Shown here: positions 1 to 12,632 of the stretch, piece after piece | How positions within the stretch are numbered: the first letter of the stretch is position 1 | Layout of the letters: each line of letters begins with the position of its first letter | Origin: Utricularia gibba | Lineage: Eukaryota > Plantae > Magnoliophyta | Length of the DNA stretch: 64,000 nt | Assembly: GCA_002189035.1 (NCBI GenBank) | Contig: NEEC01000008.1 | Coordinates: 2,170,001-2,234,000 of the forward strand | Reading direction: 5' to 3' | Position numbers and translations under genes: made by a program | The notes under the pieces: model-generated | Databases searched by the model: none | Seen by the model: the letters and a program-made list of their open reading frames with translations, nothing else | What the model was told of the DNA's origin: nothing

Positions 1-1381
1 TCCACTGGACTGAGATGACAGGTTACGTTGACGTGAACTATTCACAGAAAGTTGATGAAAACCTGGTGGAGGCAAAGAAGTATAAGACATCGTTCGGCCT
101 AATATAGGCTCACTCGAAAACTTATGCAATTGTTGATTCTGCTCAGGATATGAGGATGTTCTGTAAAGAGGTTTTGAATCCGAAGTGAAAGGATCACTGG
201 AAAAGAATGATAGCTGCTGCTGTTCCAGCTGAAGAGGGTAAGATGACGCTCTATATAATGGTTTAGACTCTGAAGAAGACCCTGAAGAAAAATGAGACTG
301 GGGCGACCATATTTTATTTTCTATAGAGAGTTCCGAGTCCGAAAAATGGTGATCAAACCAATCAGAAAAATCTGCTTCCTTCGTCCACTCAGTAGCTGAT
401 GAACCTGAAGTTACAAGAGTACATCAGTAATAGAAAATGCCCCAAATGCAATAAACATTCATGCATTCTATATTAAAATATAAAAAAATGAGAATTGCAT
501 GGATGATATTACTTCAAAGAAAACTCAAAGACCAACCAGAACAAAATACTCAGGCCGTAAAACTCACTTTCCCGAGAAAAAGAACCAGATCCTCGATCGC
601 CAATAATCCCAGGATGCTTTGGTTCAGAAACAAATTTGTTTATCTGCAAAATGCACAGATTTTGATGAAAATGGCGGGTTTGTAGGTTCCATTTGACAAA
701 GTGGTAACCAAAAAGAAATTATCCTGCATCTCCCAGAGAAAATCCAGAACTCCTTGAAAAAGATTTGCGAAGATTATCAGCAGAAAGAAAATCACCTTAG
801 CAAAAGTAGTTGTCATGTCATCTATGTCAGATAATGATCCGAGTGCTAAACCCTGTTGTAGCAAAAAGCGGGTAAAGGTACTTGATTCCGCCAGTAACAC
901 TATTATACATACGTGCATACTTTTGTCAATTTACCTCGTATTTTTCAAGCAACTGATACTCGTCTAGATCATGATCAGCAACACATATTCCAGTAGAGCC
1001 AGCCTCTTCATCTTCCAAGCTCCCAAATTTCTCATCATCAAGGATCTCCGTCCCAAAAAAGGCGTGATGGGACGCATCAAACACCTCTCGATCTGGATAC
1101 AACATTAAAATGAACAGAGCCGAAAATCAAGACCAAATACACACACATGAGCCCCAATACGGACGCAACAACGATTAGAACGCAACAAGCTGTTGCTTAA
1201 TCAAACAAATCGGAGTTCTCCCTACGAACAAGGGCCAAAACCCATATCCATTCGAGAGTCAAAACACTTTTTTCTTCCTTTTCAACAACTGAAGGCGCCA
1301 AAGTTCAAGCAAAAAAGCAGGAAAAAAAAAACCCAGCCGCGAACCTGAAACCCAGCTGCCTGAGAGCCCCCGGTAAGCCAT
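1..1381 (-). CDS. PAT1: PAT1-like mRNA decapping activator, 5' portion (runs off the window start)
   Basis: GT-AG exons 1381-1345, 1092-935, 852-796, 643-568 and 404-<1 join in phase to give [26 protein letters not shown]...[45 protein letters not shown]...PLYRASSYP. The FDAS-x-x-AFFG, DDL/MxxTFx[15 protein letters not shown] and PLYRxSSYP blocks match plant PAT1. The first exon is the least certain. Confidence 0.85.
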
Positions 1382-2497
1382 GCTGACGAATTCGGGCTAG
1401 TTTCTACAAGCAATCCCGCATAAAAAAAAACTTCAAGATTCCTTGTTTTTTTGGGAGGGGGTAGCTGTGTTACTACACTGAGGCCCGGGGCCAGCGCGGT
1501 ACGAAGTCCGGCATAAATTAGGGTTTAGGTGGAGACAGATCCACAACTTCCGGGACAGAGACGTGCACGCCGTGGATGATGAATGAAGCTGGTACTTGTT
1601 TGTCCCCTTACTCGCCCTCACCAAACATCTTGTTGTTTGTCTGTTTGCAGTTGGTACACGCTTCGCCATCAAGATTCCGCTCATGACTTTTCTTCTCTCA
1701 AAAACAGAAAAAAACTTTAATTAATACGGAATAACGTAAGCATTATGATTTTTCTATATTTATTTGAAAATGACTTTTTTCTTATTCAAATTTATGAATA
1801 AAAATATGATAATAAAACTGAATAGGAAAAGCATATAGAAATAGTCTCTTCCTTGTAATTGTCAAATTAGTGATGAATTTTCCACACAAAAAAATCAATA
1901 AAATAATTGAAATCTCTCCACACTATTTTTTAGTACAAAATTAAAATTCAGACTAGATTCAATGCAAATTATGTTCTATGATTTGAAATTTTGTTTCAGA
2001 TTATGTAAAACAGAATCAGATTTTAAAACCGTTTTTGAATAATGTAAAATTATATTATAAATTTTATATATTTAAATTATTATATAATTTAAATAAATAA
2101 TATAATCTTCAAAAATTAAACAGAATCACTTTGATAAATTAATAAAACAGAACAATTTCATGTATCATTCAATAATTAAATTTAAATAATTATTGTTATT
2201 TTTCATAGAATTCAATTCAATACATTATAAAAAGAGTTCAACTCAAAATCATATATAACATAGAATGAATTCAATTGGATTTTAATTCAATGATTCATGT
2301 AATAAAATTATTCTCATTTTTTCTTATGTAATTTTTTTAAAAAATAAATAAGTGTCATCAGAAATTCACAATGCATCAAGCAGGCAACAAAAACAGAGTA
2401 TGAGTCAGAGTCATTCTTCAACAAGGCGCTTGGGGGTGTGGAGGCAAAATATGTGAGGGGTAGTGAAGATGTGTACTCATTCTCCAGGCTTCTTCTT

Positions 2498-4052
2498 TCA
2501 GTCAGAGTCATTCTGGTTAGAAGCTGCACAAGAGTGTGGAAACGAGTCAGACCGATCGGGGGACCCTCCCGGAGTATTCTCCTTCGGCGGCTCATCATCG
2601 TTGACCGCCGTGGGTTTCGCTTGAGGAGGTTCGGACGAGGGCGATGAGGAGGATTCGCGTCTCTGCAATGGGGAAACCAGAAGGAAGGCAGTGGTTAGGT
2701 GGAGTTATGGAGAATTTTAACTTGGTGAGGGAGAAGGGATTACTAACAGGGCCTGAAGGAAGACGAGGCGGTGCCACAGGGATGGAGGCTACCTGCGAGA
2801 TCCTCCCTGCTGGGTGGTTGTATCTGCAGTTTGATCCATATCTACATGTCCCGTGACTGATGAAGTATCGGCACTCCGGTCGACCGGGCCGCTGAGGAAA
2901 ATCATAAGAAGGCGGTGCAGTAACGACATGAGAAGCAGAGGCAGGCCAAGCATTTCCCTGCTCACAGATCACAAGTTTGTATGCTATTACCAATAACACA
3001 TCGCAAGATCCAATCCAAATACAAGGTGGCTTTAGCTTGTCTTCATACCATATACAAGGGCCAATCTTGCGGCGAGTAGATGAAGGCTGGGGGGTAACTT
3101 TGCCATGGTTGAAGGGAAGAGCCAATTAAGTAAGGTGATGATGAAAAGGTTGCAGGGGGTCCAAGAACAGGGAAGAAAACAGGAGGTGGAGAGGGTTGAG
3201 GATGATGGAACTTGCAAGCATGCCCATATCCACACACGCCCATCCTCATATAAAAAGGACAGGGCTTTGCATCCTGTGAAGAAATCACCAAAATTCGCTA
3301 CATTTTCAGACAGACGCAAGAGATGGGAATTAAAGAAACGCCAGACTGAGTGAAGCAAAGAACCTGACGCATTGGTAGACCCAAAATGTTCATCCATACA
3401 TCAGCCTGCTTACCCTTGGGGTGATTATATTTACAAGAACTTCCATATTTGCATGTACTGGTCTTCAAATAGTACTTCAAGACAGCAGAAAAGAATCAAG
3501 AGGGGAAGTTCAAGTTCTTAGATTCAGAGAAAACCAGAACGACATTTATCAAAGGTGAAATCAATTACCTCACAATCTGGTTCTCGGACTCTTTCTGGGA
3601 ACTCGAGAGTGTAGGCAATGCCATGATCCTATTAATCATCGGGCAAATCAAGAAAAACCAATCAGAAAAGTCATCTGCAGAATCTAACGTGAACAGGATG
3701 AAGTTGTTTACATAAAGCGCGTCACGTGGATGATTGAAGCGGCAATTCCTTCCATAATCACAAGTTCCCGTTCTCAAAAAGTGTTTGCAATCGGGTTCCC
3801 CAGGGCGTTCCGGATACATACTCGAGGCGCATCTCAATTGACTACCATCAGCGGTGTCGTTGGTACTCAATCGTCCCACTGCTCCTGCAAATTCCGCTGA
3901 TTAATCAACTGCGAAGCGTAAACTCAGAAGCAAGAAACACGAAGACAACCAAACAAGTTCCCAGGAATAAACAACAAGGCCACAAAAAGGGATGATCTCG
4001 CAAAACGTAATTCCTCACCCACAACTCCTCCTGATGTCAGACTACCATCCAT
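2498..4052 (-). CDS. Tandem CCCH zinc-finger protein (C3H3/ZFN2-like clade), four fingers
   Basis: Seven in-phase exons starting at ATG 4052 ([11 protein letters not shown]). Fingers: [29 protein letters not shown]; [29 protein letters not shown]; [29 protein letters not shown]; [29 protein letters not shown]. The last exon ends ...SNQNDSD with TGA at 2500-2498. Confidence 0.88.
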
Positions 4053-7000
4053 CGCTTTTCCCGTCCTCCGGCGTCAAACAGAAACAAAGAAAACAAAAGC
4101 GTCGCCGAAGTGCTTCGGACGCGACAGCGATGCTATATCATGTTCCTCCGGATTTCAGGGAAGACACAGGCAGACGGTAATGATCAATGAATGACCGGCA
4201 ACAGCGACTTCAATCGCGAGCAGGAGAGGAGTTTCACGTACACAGAAGAAAACCCTTCACCCAGATTCCATGTTTCTCCCGATCCTCCAACAAAGCATGA
4301 CGATAAAGAAGAGCAATTTCCTGTCCGAGGAAGTTCTCTTCTCGTCCTCTCCCCCTCTCTCTCCGAATACCGAAATTCCTAAGGAATAATAATTTACGCA
4401 CATTTTTATCGTTATCTTAGTTGAATTAATGCAGAGAAAAAGGGGTTTTGTCCTTTTTTTATTATTTTTCCACGCTTCGTATAAATGCCTCCATTAATGT
4501 ATTCCTTTGAATCAATATCTTTGGTAACTAAAAAAATTCAAAAAAATCAATCAAATATCATTTTTTTAATCTCCATCTTAAATTCCAGGGAAGAATCTTC
4601 TTATCAAAACCCTTTATCTGCAATTTTTTATTCATATACATATATGTTGGTTGAAAGGGAATATTCTCTCAAATAATAACCTGAATTTAATTATTTATAG
4701 GTAAATATTTTTCCAATGGTTGGGATCTTCATATTTTATATAAATAATACATGATTATGGAAATTTACTTGGCAATTCTCTGAGGAGAATTTAGGAAACA
4801 GGAGGTTTTTGAAGGATAATAGTGGAAGTAAATTCCAAAAATAGGACTTGAATTTTGATCGAAAAAGAAAGGGTGATATTATTATTATTAATAATTTAAC
4901 TAAAAAAAATTTTTAAAAAATATTTAAACATCGCATATAAATGCATATTTAAATATTATGATGGTTTTATTTTCCGATGGGATTGACGTGGAATGAGTCC
5001 GCTTTCGGAAAGTGGATTCTGTGGGAGAGTTGGTTTCCCAGGCGCAAGATAGAGAGCCTACGGGGAGAAGGTATGACTTCCTTGTACGGAAAAAGGAGGA
5101 CGCTCGTGGACATGTAATAAAATGGAGGGACTAAAAAGCGAAGAATCGGTCTACATTGATTAAGGGAGTATATAAAGTACTTAAATAAAATGAATCTTCA
5201 TTTAGACTTTTTTCTCAAAAAAAAATGAACGTAAAATTGTGAGGATTAAGTATTCGAATCGTACAATATTATATAAAACGAATGTGAATCGTGACATTTG
5301 ATATCATAAGATCCTTGGTATTTGATTGAGTCTTGTGAGTGTTTTACAGTCAAGTGGAAATTTGGTGAGAGTGTTGGAGACCATCTTCGGTCCGGGCAAA
5401 GCTTAGGGTTGAAGAAATCAACCCTGGCCAGACACTTTACCCCTTTCTTGACATGAAGTCGTTGGTACCTGATAATGAAATTATTATATGAATATTTTAA
5501 AAATCTTTAATTTCAAATAAACAATTCAGTGAATTATAACATGTGATCTTTGGATTTTATGGACGTTTAAAAATCAAATGGGCCACCTGAAGGCAGATGG
5601 ATTGAATTGGGCTCTCGAAAGCCCATTTACTGTGTTTTTTTTTTTTAAACATGGTAGAAAGTACATGTCTGATTTCATCGGCCGTGATTCACGTGGGTTG
5701 CACATCTTTACACATGGGGTCCACACTCGCACTAAAATAAGTAATCTTATTGGATGTTTGCCTAATCATGGCATTTGCCACTTGAAACCACAACCCTCCA
5801 AAAAATAGCATAGTCGATTCTAGATGATAACGTTTGGGATGAATGGGTGATATGACGATCCTCAAATTCAAACTATATGATTGTTTTAAATACAAATAAT
5901 TCACATATATTATTAATTAAACTATAATATCATCCCCCCACAACAAGTAACTTGTATGCATCTATCCTGGTCACCATGAAATACTTCATTAATTCCAGTG
6001 GTTCATTCTCAACGATCGCGGGGGAGGCTAATTATGAACGATAACTGGGCGCCAAAGGGGTGGCGTGGTAGCTGCGGGCGACAACTCACTTGGGCCACCC
6101 CCACCGCCCCCAATTTCATTTCAGCAAACCCGTCACGTGACAATTCTCAACCCCATACGTAAAAATAAAAATAAAAAAATTTCATAATAACACATTGTTG
6201 CTATTTACGTTTTCTTTTTTTTTTTTTGTTGTCCAAAGAAACCGTGAATTTAAAATTTTGTACGTCCCCGGCACGAGTGTGGGTCTCCCACGTTAGTTGT
6301 CACCATGGAATAACTCGGTGTTTAAATGTAGAAACCATTCTAATTTTTATATAAAGTAAAATGACGTAAAATCATAAAGATTATATGTTTAAGATGAAAA
6401 ATATGGTAGCTGAGCATTGAGTATGATCTATATAATAGGTGGATAAGGGTGACTATATATATGTTTATTTATTTATTTATTTGTTTATTTGTTTCTTTAT
6501 TTATTGTAATATAATAAGGTAAGGAAGCAAATATAAAACATGAGGCACCGACAGTGGGGCGAGGTGTGGTTGCGCGGTGCGGGTGCAGTGAACCCAGGCA
6601 GCTATGAATAAATGTATGGCCCTTGGGATAGTATAAAACCTTGCATTTATCGAGTTTGTGCAATGTGAACAATATTAACCGTATTTGAAATTAACACGTC
6701 ACGTGCATGCACAGTATAACTGCAACTACACCCTACCCGTACCTTACTAATCCAAATACCCAAAACACATCAAACTGTAAAAACCATTCACCATCACTAT
6801 GATATTATGATATTATTGTATTGATTCTCGTATATTAAAGATGAGAAAAACGTAAAATCGGTATGATATAGACAATACTAATTATTGATTGGATACAGGG
6901 TTATCAAATTAAAATACATATCCCTAGATGCAATGTGCGATTCTTGATAATATTGAGATAAAAGGGAAAGAGAAAAGGAAATTATTAGTAAATTTGAAAA

Positions 7001-7253
7001 TACATTTTTTTTATTCCACATAAACAAGGAGGGTTGTTGTCTGTTAAATTGCGATGGCGCTTGTCTGTGTGGTGCTGGTGATATCCTACTTCACTCGTTG
7101 GCTTCCTACTTTCTCCGGCGACGCATAAATGCTGAATCTACGGTCGTCACTGAGCTCTCATCATCGATCTCTTCTCTACGTCGCGTCTATAAATTCATTT
7201 AGTCAAGATGCATGCAGCCGCACTGTGAAGGTGGTGGTCATCCAAGGGACGCA

Positions 7254-7793
7254 ATGGAGGTATCCCCGAGATGGCTTCGCTTTTGCTTCTATCTTGTTCT
7301 CATGTTGATGCTGAGCTCGCATTGCGCTCACGGAGAAGAGAGTGTCGTTGTTCCTGAGAGATGGGGTGGAGGCGGATGCAGGCTGGGTAACCGCTGCCTG
7401 GGTCGCCGCGGCGGCGGCAGCGGGGACGCCGGTTTCGGGAAAGGTGCCGGCTTTGGCGTGATTTCAGGGCCCGGAGGCTACGCAGCAGGAGGCGGTGGTG
7501 GCGGCGGAGGTGGGATTGGGTCGGGTCACGGTAGCGGGTTTGGGTTCGGGGGCGCCACGCTTGGTGATGGGAGAGGAGTCGGCGGAGGTGGTGGCGGAGG
7601 TGGCGGTGGTGGCGGTAAAGGGAGCCATAGGGGGTTCCCCGGCGATTTGGGTGGGTTCGGTGATGTACCCGGAATCGGTAATGGCGGAGGGTTTGGCATC
7701 GGTGTTGGTATCGGAATGGGGATCGGAGCTGGATCCGGAGCGGGTCGCGCGATCGGAGTCGGGAGCGGTGTCGGTTCCGGCGGCGGACATTGA
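7254..7793 (+). CDS. Secreted glycine-rich cell wall protein (single exon)
   Basis: ATG 7254 opens a hydrophobic signal-peptide-like stretch (FCFYLVLMLMLSSHCAHG), followed by Gly-rich tracts and a C-terminal GGFGIGVGIGMGIGAG motif. An upstream in-frame ATG exists at 7212. Confidence 0.8.
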   Translation: MEVSPRWLRFCFYLVLMLMLSSHCAHGEESVVVPERWGGGGCRLGNRCLGRRGGGSGDAGFGKGAGFGVISGPGGYAAGGGGGGGGGIGSGHGSGFGFGGATLGDGRGVGGGGGGGGGGGGKGSHRGFPGDLGGFGDVPGIGNGGGFGIGVGIGMGIGAGSGAGRAIGVGSGVGSGGGH

Positions 7794-8942
7794 CGACTTC
7801 GTTGGAATCAACCTCCTGTCACCGATTGATTCACCTCACCTTCCTGTACTTTCATGAATATTATTCCAATATTGTCCCTTCCTTTCTTTTTTCTTTTCCC
7901 CATCGTGTTCAATTCAAATTAAAAAAAATAAAAAATTATAAAATTAAGAATATAAATTTAAGTGATTATTTTTATTTAAAAAAGGGAAAAAATCCAAAAT
8001 ATTTGTGCCAAAAAATTATTATCATATCATAAGAACGTTTCCTTATAAAGTCACGTTTCCAAACTTGAGTGGGACCCACGTTTTTTTTCTTTTTCGAGCC
8101 ATTCAATTCATGCATGCATCTCTATGTGGTTTGTTGTCGTCGTCGGTCGTCATTAATGGGCTGACATATGGGCCCCGTCGTTGGGCCCAATAACCTCACT
8201 GATCCAGTCCATTCCAACCTCTCCATTAAAATGGGCTGTTGTCAGCCCATTTGATCAGGAAAGGGGTGGGTCCTCAAAGACACACACACAAACTTGTACG
8301 GACACTCCTAAATCATTGGCATTGCGCATTAATTAATTTCTAATAATAAAAATAGTAGCATACTTATTATTAGAATAGACAAGGAAAACCCTACTACTAT
8401 AACGAGTGACGTAGCATTAAAGTTTGCATGTGGCGTGGGGGCGGGATGCCAATAATGTCCCTGCCTAGGGAATATTTTTTAACCTTGCTCCCACCCTCTC
8501 TATGTATATACATATGGTTACACTTGGAAATATGTATATGCAACATTTATATATTAAATGTGTGTTTTTTATTTATTAAAAAATTATATTACATTTTTTT
8601 CTCATGAAATTGACCTCATATGAATTTTATTAATTAAAGGAAATTTAATTTCTTAAATGCATTTTTAAAAAAAATATATTTATCAAATACATTATAATTT
8701 TAAACAAATAGTTGTGATATCTCATCATGTTGTTGTACAGTCTAGAAGTGTCAATAATGGATGCCTTGTTCATCTTCATCGTAGCCAAACAGCCATTTGT
8801 TGGGAGTTGGAACCAACTTTCCATCCTTGCAGACGGGTCACATGGCCATGCAAATTAATGGCGCTTTTTCAAATCCCTTCTGATATATAGAGACGTACAT
8901 CGGTGGAGGAGAGTTGCATCGCACTTTGCAGGTGCAGGAGCG

Positions 8943-11007
8943 ATGGGTTTCGGGCTCGGCGTGTCTGCGTGCCGGTTACTCTGCTTCATTATCGTCCTGA
9001 ACTTGATAGTACATTGTTTTGGGGATGGGAGGAAGGAGGCACTTGGCAATGATGGTCGTGATTTCCGCAAGGACTTCTTCGGGCGACGGGTGGGTGGTGG
9101 CCACGATGGTAGGGAATTCGGGAGGCATTTCTTTGGTGCGCGGCCAGGGCACAGACGGGGGAAACCCGGCCACCATAAGGAGGAGCCTGCAATCAGTGGC
9201 AAAGAGCATTTGGTGGGTAGAATAAAGGGTGGTTTAGAACATGGTGGGGGAGTTCGTGATGTGGGTTCGGGGTTGAATGGTGGTTTTGAGCATGCTGGAG
9301 GAGTTGGGAGAGAGGACTTCCAATTCGTGTTGGTCGCCTCATACGGAGACATCACGTGAGGCACAAGGGAAGAATCAGTGCAGGAGGAGCAGGAGGTAAG
9401 GGAATCTTCGCCTCTGGAGGTGGTGGCGGTGGAGGAGCTGGAGTAAGACATCATGGGATAGGGGGAAGATTGGGGAGAGGAAGAGGAGTGGGTGTTGCCG
9501 GAAATGCTGGACACGGAAGTGGAATTGTTGCCGCCGGAGGTAGTGGTGGTGGCGGTGGAAGTGGAATAGGTCATCATGGGATAGGAGGGGGATTAGGGAA
9601 AGGCGGAGGAATTGGTGTCATCGGCCATGATGGACATGGAAGTGGAACTGTTGCCGCCGGAGGTGGGGTGGCGGTGGAGGTGGAATAGGTCATCACGGGA
9701 TAGGAGGGGGTTTGGGAAAGGCGGAGGAATTGGTATAGTCGGCCATGCTGGACACGGAAGTGGAATTGTTGCCGCCGAGGTAGTGGTGGTGGCGGTGGAG
9801 GTGGAATAGGTCATCATGGGATAGGAAGTGGATTTGGGAAAGGAGGAGGAATTGGTGTAGTCGGCCATGATGGACATGGAAGTGGCATTGTTGCCGCCGG
9901 AGGTGGTGGTGGTGGTGGAGGTGGAATAGGTCATCATGGGATAGGAGGAGGATTCGGGCATGGCGGAGGAATTGGTGTAGTCGGCCATGATGGACACGGA
10001 AGTGGAATTGTTGCCGCCGGAGGTGGTGGTGGTGGAGGTGGAATAGGTCATCATGGGATAGGAGGAGGATTCGGGCATGGCGGAGGAATTGGTGTCGTCG
10101 GCCATGATGGACACGGAAGTGGAATTGTTGCCGCCGGAGGTGGTGGTGGTGGAGGTGGAATAGGTCATCATGGGATAGGAGGAGGATTCGGGCATGGCGG
10201 AGGAATTGGTGTCGTCGGCCATGATGGACACGGAAGTGGAATTGTTGCCGCCGGAGGTGGTGGTGGTGGAGGTGGAATAGGTCATCATGGATAGGAGGAG
10301 GATTCGGGCATGGCGGAGGAATTGGCGTCGTCGGCCATGATGGACACGGAAGTGGAATTGTTGCCGCGGGAGGTGGTGGTGGTGGTGGAGTGGAATAGGT
10401 CATCATGGATAGGAGGAGGATTCGGCATGGCGAGGAATTGGTGTCGTCGGCCATGATGGACACGGAAGTGGAATTGTTGCTGCCGGAGGTGGTGGTGGGG
10501 CGGAGGCGCGGAATCGTCATCATGGGATAGGAGGAGGATTCGGGCAAGGCGGAGGAATTGGTGTCGTCGGCCATGCTGGACATGGGAGTGGTATCATCGC
10601 CGCAGGAGGTGGTGTGGTGGTGGTGGCGGCGGAGCTGGGATAGGAGGAGGATTCGGGCAAGGCAGCGGAGTAGGAATTGTCGGTGATGCCCGGCATGGGG
10701 GTGGAATTATCGCTGCTGGAGGTGGTGGCGGAGGAGGAGGAGGTGGAGTGGATTAGGCGGAGGATTTGGAGAAGGAGGAGGATTAGGCGGAAGTATCGGC
10801 ACCGGAGGTGGTGGCGGCGGAATCGGAGCAGGATTTGGAGGAGGCAGTGGTTTCGGTGGGACAGATGGAGGAATCTTCTCTGGAGGCAGCGGCGCCGGCG
10901 GCGGATTCGGTCTAGGAGGCGGGTTTGGTATCGGGATCGGAATAGGCTTTGGAGTAGGAGTTGGCGAAGGCGGCGGAATCAGCCTACCTGGAGGCGAAGG
11001 CCGGTAA
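8943..11007 (+). CDS. Large secreted His/Gly-rich repeat cell wall protein (frameshifted as assembled)
   Basis: Signal-peptide-like N-terminus (CRLLCFIIVLNLIVHCFG), Gly-rich body and about 10 copies of a 39-aa unit. The C-terminus reads GGGFGIGIGIGFGVGVGEGGGISLPGGEGR with TAA at 11005-11007. The frame is broken near 9310 (extra GA in a GAGAG run) and by single-G losses inside repeat units. Confidence 0.75.
9445..10670 (+). repeat. Coding tandem repeat, 117-120 bp unit, about 10 copies
   Basis: The (G)GTCATCA(T/C)GG anchor recurs at about 9569, 9688, 9809, 9929, 10046, 10163, 10280, 10398 and 10515 (spacings 119, 121, 120, 117, 117, 117, 118, 117), with degenerate flanking units. The unit encodes GGIGVVGHDGHGSGIVAAGGGGGGGGIGHHGIGGGFGHG. 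Confidence 0.95.
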
Positions 11008-11300
11008 GGCTATCGTGCTAACGCTAGCTAGAGACTTGGGGAAAGGGAATATCATAAATAAATACCATATCGTACGCATCTCCTCTGTTCCATTGCTCAT
11101 GTAACCAGAAATAAGCAAGCAACAGTGACATTGTTTCTTCAAGAATCCTTCTGCATCATCAACAAAAGCATGTGGTAAGAATTCATGATTACAACACAAT
11201 CCATAATATGCATCCAAATCTTCCTCCGGCGAGCCCCGGAGGGAAGGATAACTAGCTAGTTGAGCCTGAACTCAGGCCTGTGGGAGACGAGATGAACTCA

Positions 11301-12632
11301 TCACAACAAATCTTTAATGAACTCAAGGCTCAAGGTGTCACGAACAAGGAGGTACAGTCCAAGAACTATGATGCACATTATGCCTGAAGACATGATCCCT
11401 GCTCCAACTCCAAGGGGAGCTTTCTCCACCTCTCAACGCCTCGACGAGGATCAATGCTAAAGACCCGCCATCTAAAGCAGGCAGAGGAAGCAGATTGATC
11501 ACAGCAAGATTGATGTTCAAGACAGCAGCAAATTGGAAAAGTCCATCAGAACTTGATTTTGCAACCTCTGCACCAACAGCTATGATAGCCACAGGGCCGG
11601 AGACTTTGCTGGCTGATTGAGAAAAGTTCATTACTGTTTGTTTTAAGTTGTCCACGACGCTGGAGGTCAAACCCCAGAACTCACGGCCGTGAAGCTAAAC
11701 ACTTCGAAAATGTTCTTAGGGACAACTTTGGAGAACTTCACGTTGGGTGATAACTGAACTCCTATCCTCCCTGTGCCATCTGAATTCTCATCAGGGGTAA
11801 CCTTGATCCCCACCAGTTCTTCCCCTCTTGCTATCTTGAAAACCACCTGTTTTTTTGGGCTTTTCTTAATGATTTCCACGACTTCTGAGACTAAGCTTGG
11901 ACTTGGTTTCGATAGCTGTACATCGTTTATCCCCAAAATAACATCACCAGGCAATAAACCGTCTCTGGAAGCCGCTGAAAAGGGCCTAACCTCAGGTACA
12001 ATAACCCTGGAAAGGCCTCCTGAACAGGCAATCCAACAAACAAAACTTGCGCAAGAACTATTGCATAAGCAAAAACTACGTTTGCTATCACACCAGCGGA
12101 AATGACAATCACCCTGTCAATAATCGGCCTGTTCTTCAGTAAATTCTTGTCTCCAACAGGAATATCACTCTGCGGATCATCATCAGGGAAACCCACAAAC
12201 CCACCAAGCGGGAATGCTCGGATAGAATACTCCACATTATTCGAATTAAACTTTGGCCAAAATTGGGCCAAAACCAACTGCGAACTTACTCACGTGAATC
12301 CCTTGCAGATAGGCAGCCAAAAAATGTCCGCCTTCATGAACAACGATGATACCAGTCAATACTCCAACTGCCTCCAGTACCGACTGAGCGCTCTCAAACC
12401 CTCCAAAATCAAGCGCCGCGTTTACCGCCAAGGACCGCCTGTAATTTTTTCTCCCATGTTTTCTAAACAGGAAAAAGCCCCTCCTGCCAAATCTTGAGCA
12501 TGACGGCACTGAAATCAATGGCTTAGAAAAACGGCTTTTATTTTCCAGAACAAAGTCTGGGACCGGAACACTCGAATCCCCGAATCTCAAGAGATTATGA
12601 GGGGAAGAGGACGATGAGAGAGCTGTGATCAT
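11301..12632 (-). CDS. ARASP: Chloroplast membrane zinc metalloprotease ARASP (RseP/S2P M50 family with PDZ), intronless, five frameshifts as assembled
   Basis: Transit-peptide-like N-terminus, HEGGH zinc motif, GFGP, RAFPLGGFVGFPD, PDZ region, NLAVINLLPLPALDGG and a terminal DTLSLEFIKDLL-stop, spread over successive frames. Breaks occur at 12252-12254 (+1) and at 12005-12007, 11687-11688, 11426-11427 and 11397-11399 (each -1), all in homopolymer runs. Confidence 0.9.

Noticed and set aside
1518-1530. TTAGGGTTTAGG and similar motifs (21639, 57829) as interstitial telomere or telomerase RNA template
   Set aside because: Single short copies next to transcription starts are ordinary telo-boxes, and no USE plus TATA Pol III promoter was found.
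4980-5470. Possible LTR remnant with two short inverted repeats and a PBS-like TGGTACCTGA
   Set aside because: There is no paired LTR, TG...CA ends, target-site duplication or coding remnant, and the PBS match is only 8 of 10.
8925-8945. AGGTGCAGGAGC as a miR530 target site at the GRP start
   Set aside because: There are too many mismatches opposite the miRNA 5' seed region.
9593-10583. Long antisense Ser/Thr-rich ORFs with many NxS/T sequons, resembling a mucin-like protein
   Set aside because: These are shadows of the Gly/His repeat: GGN/CAT codons rarely create stops on the opposite strand, and there is no signal peptide or independent evidence.
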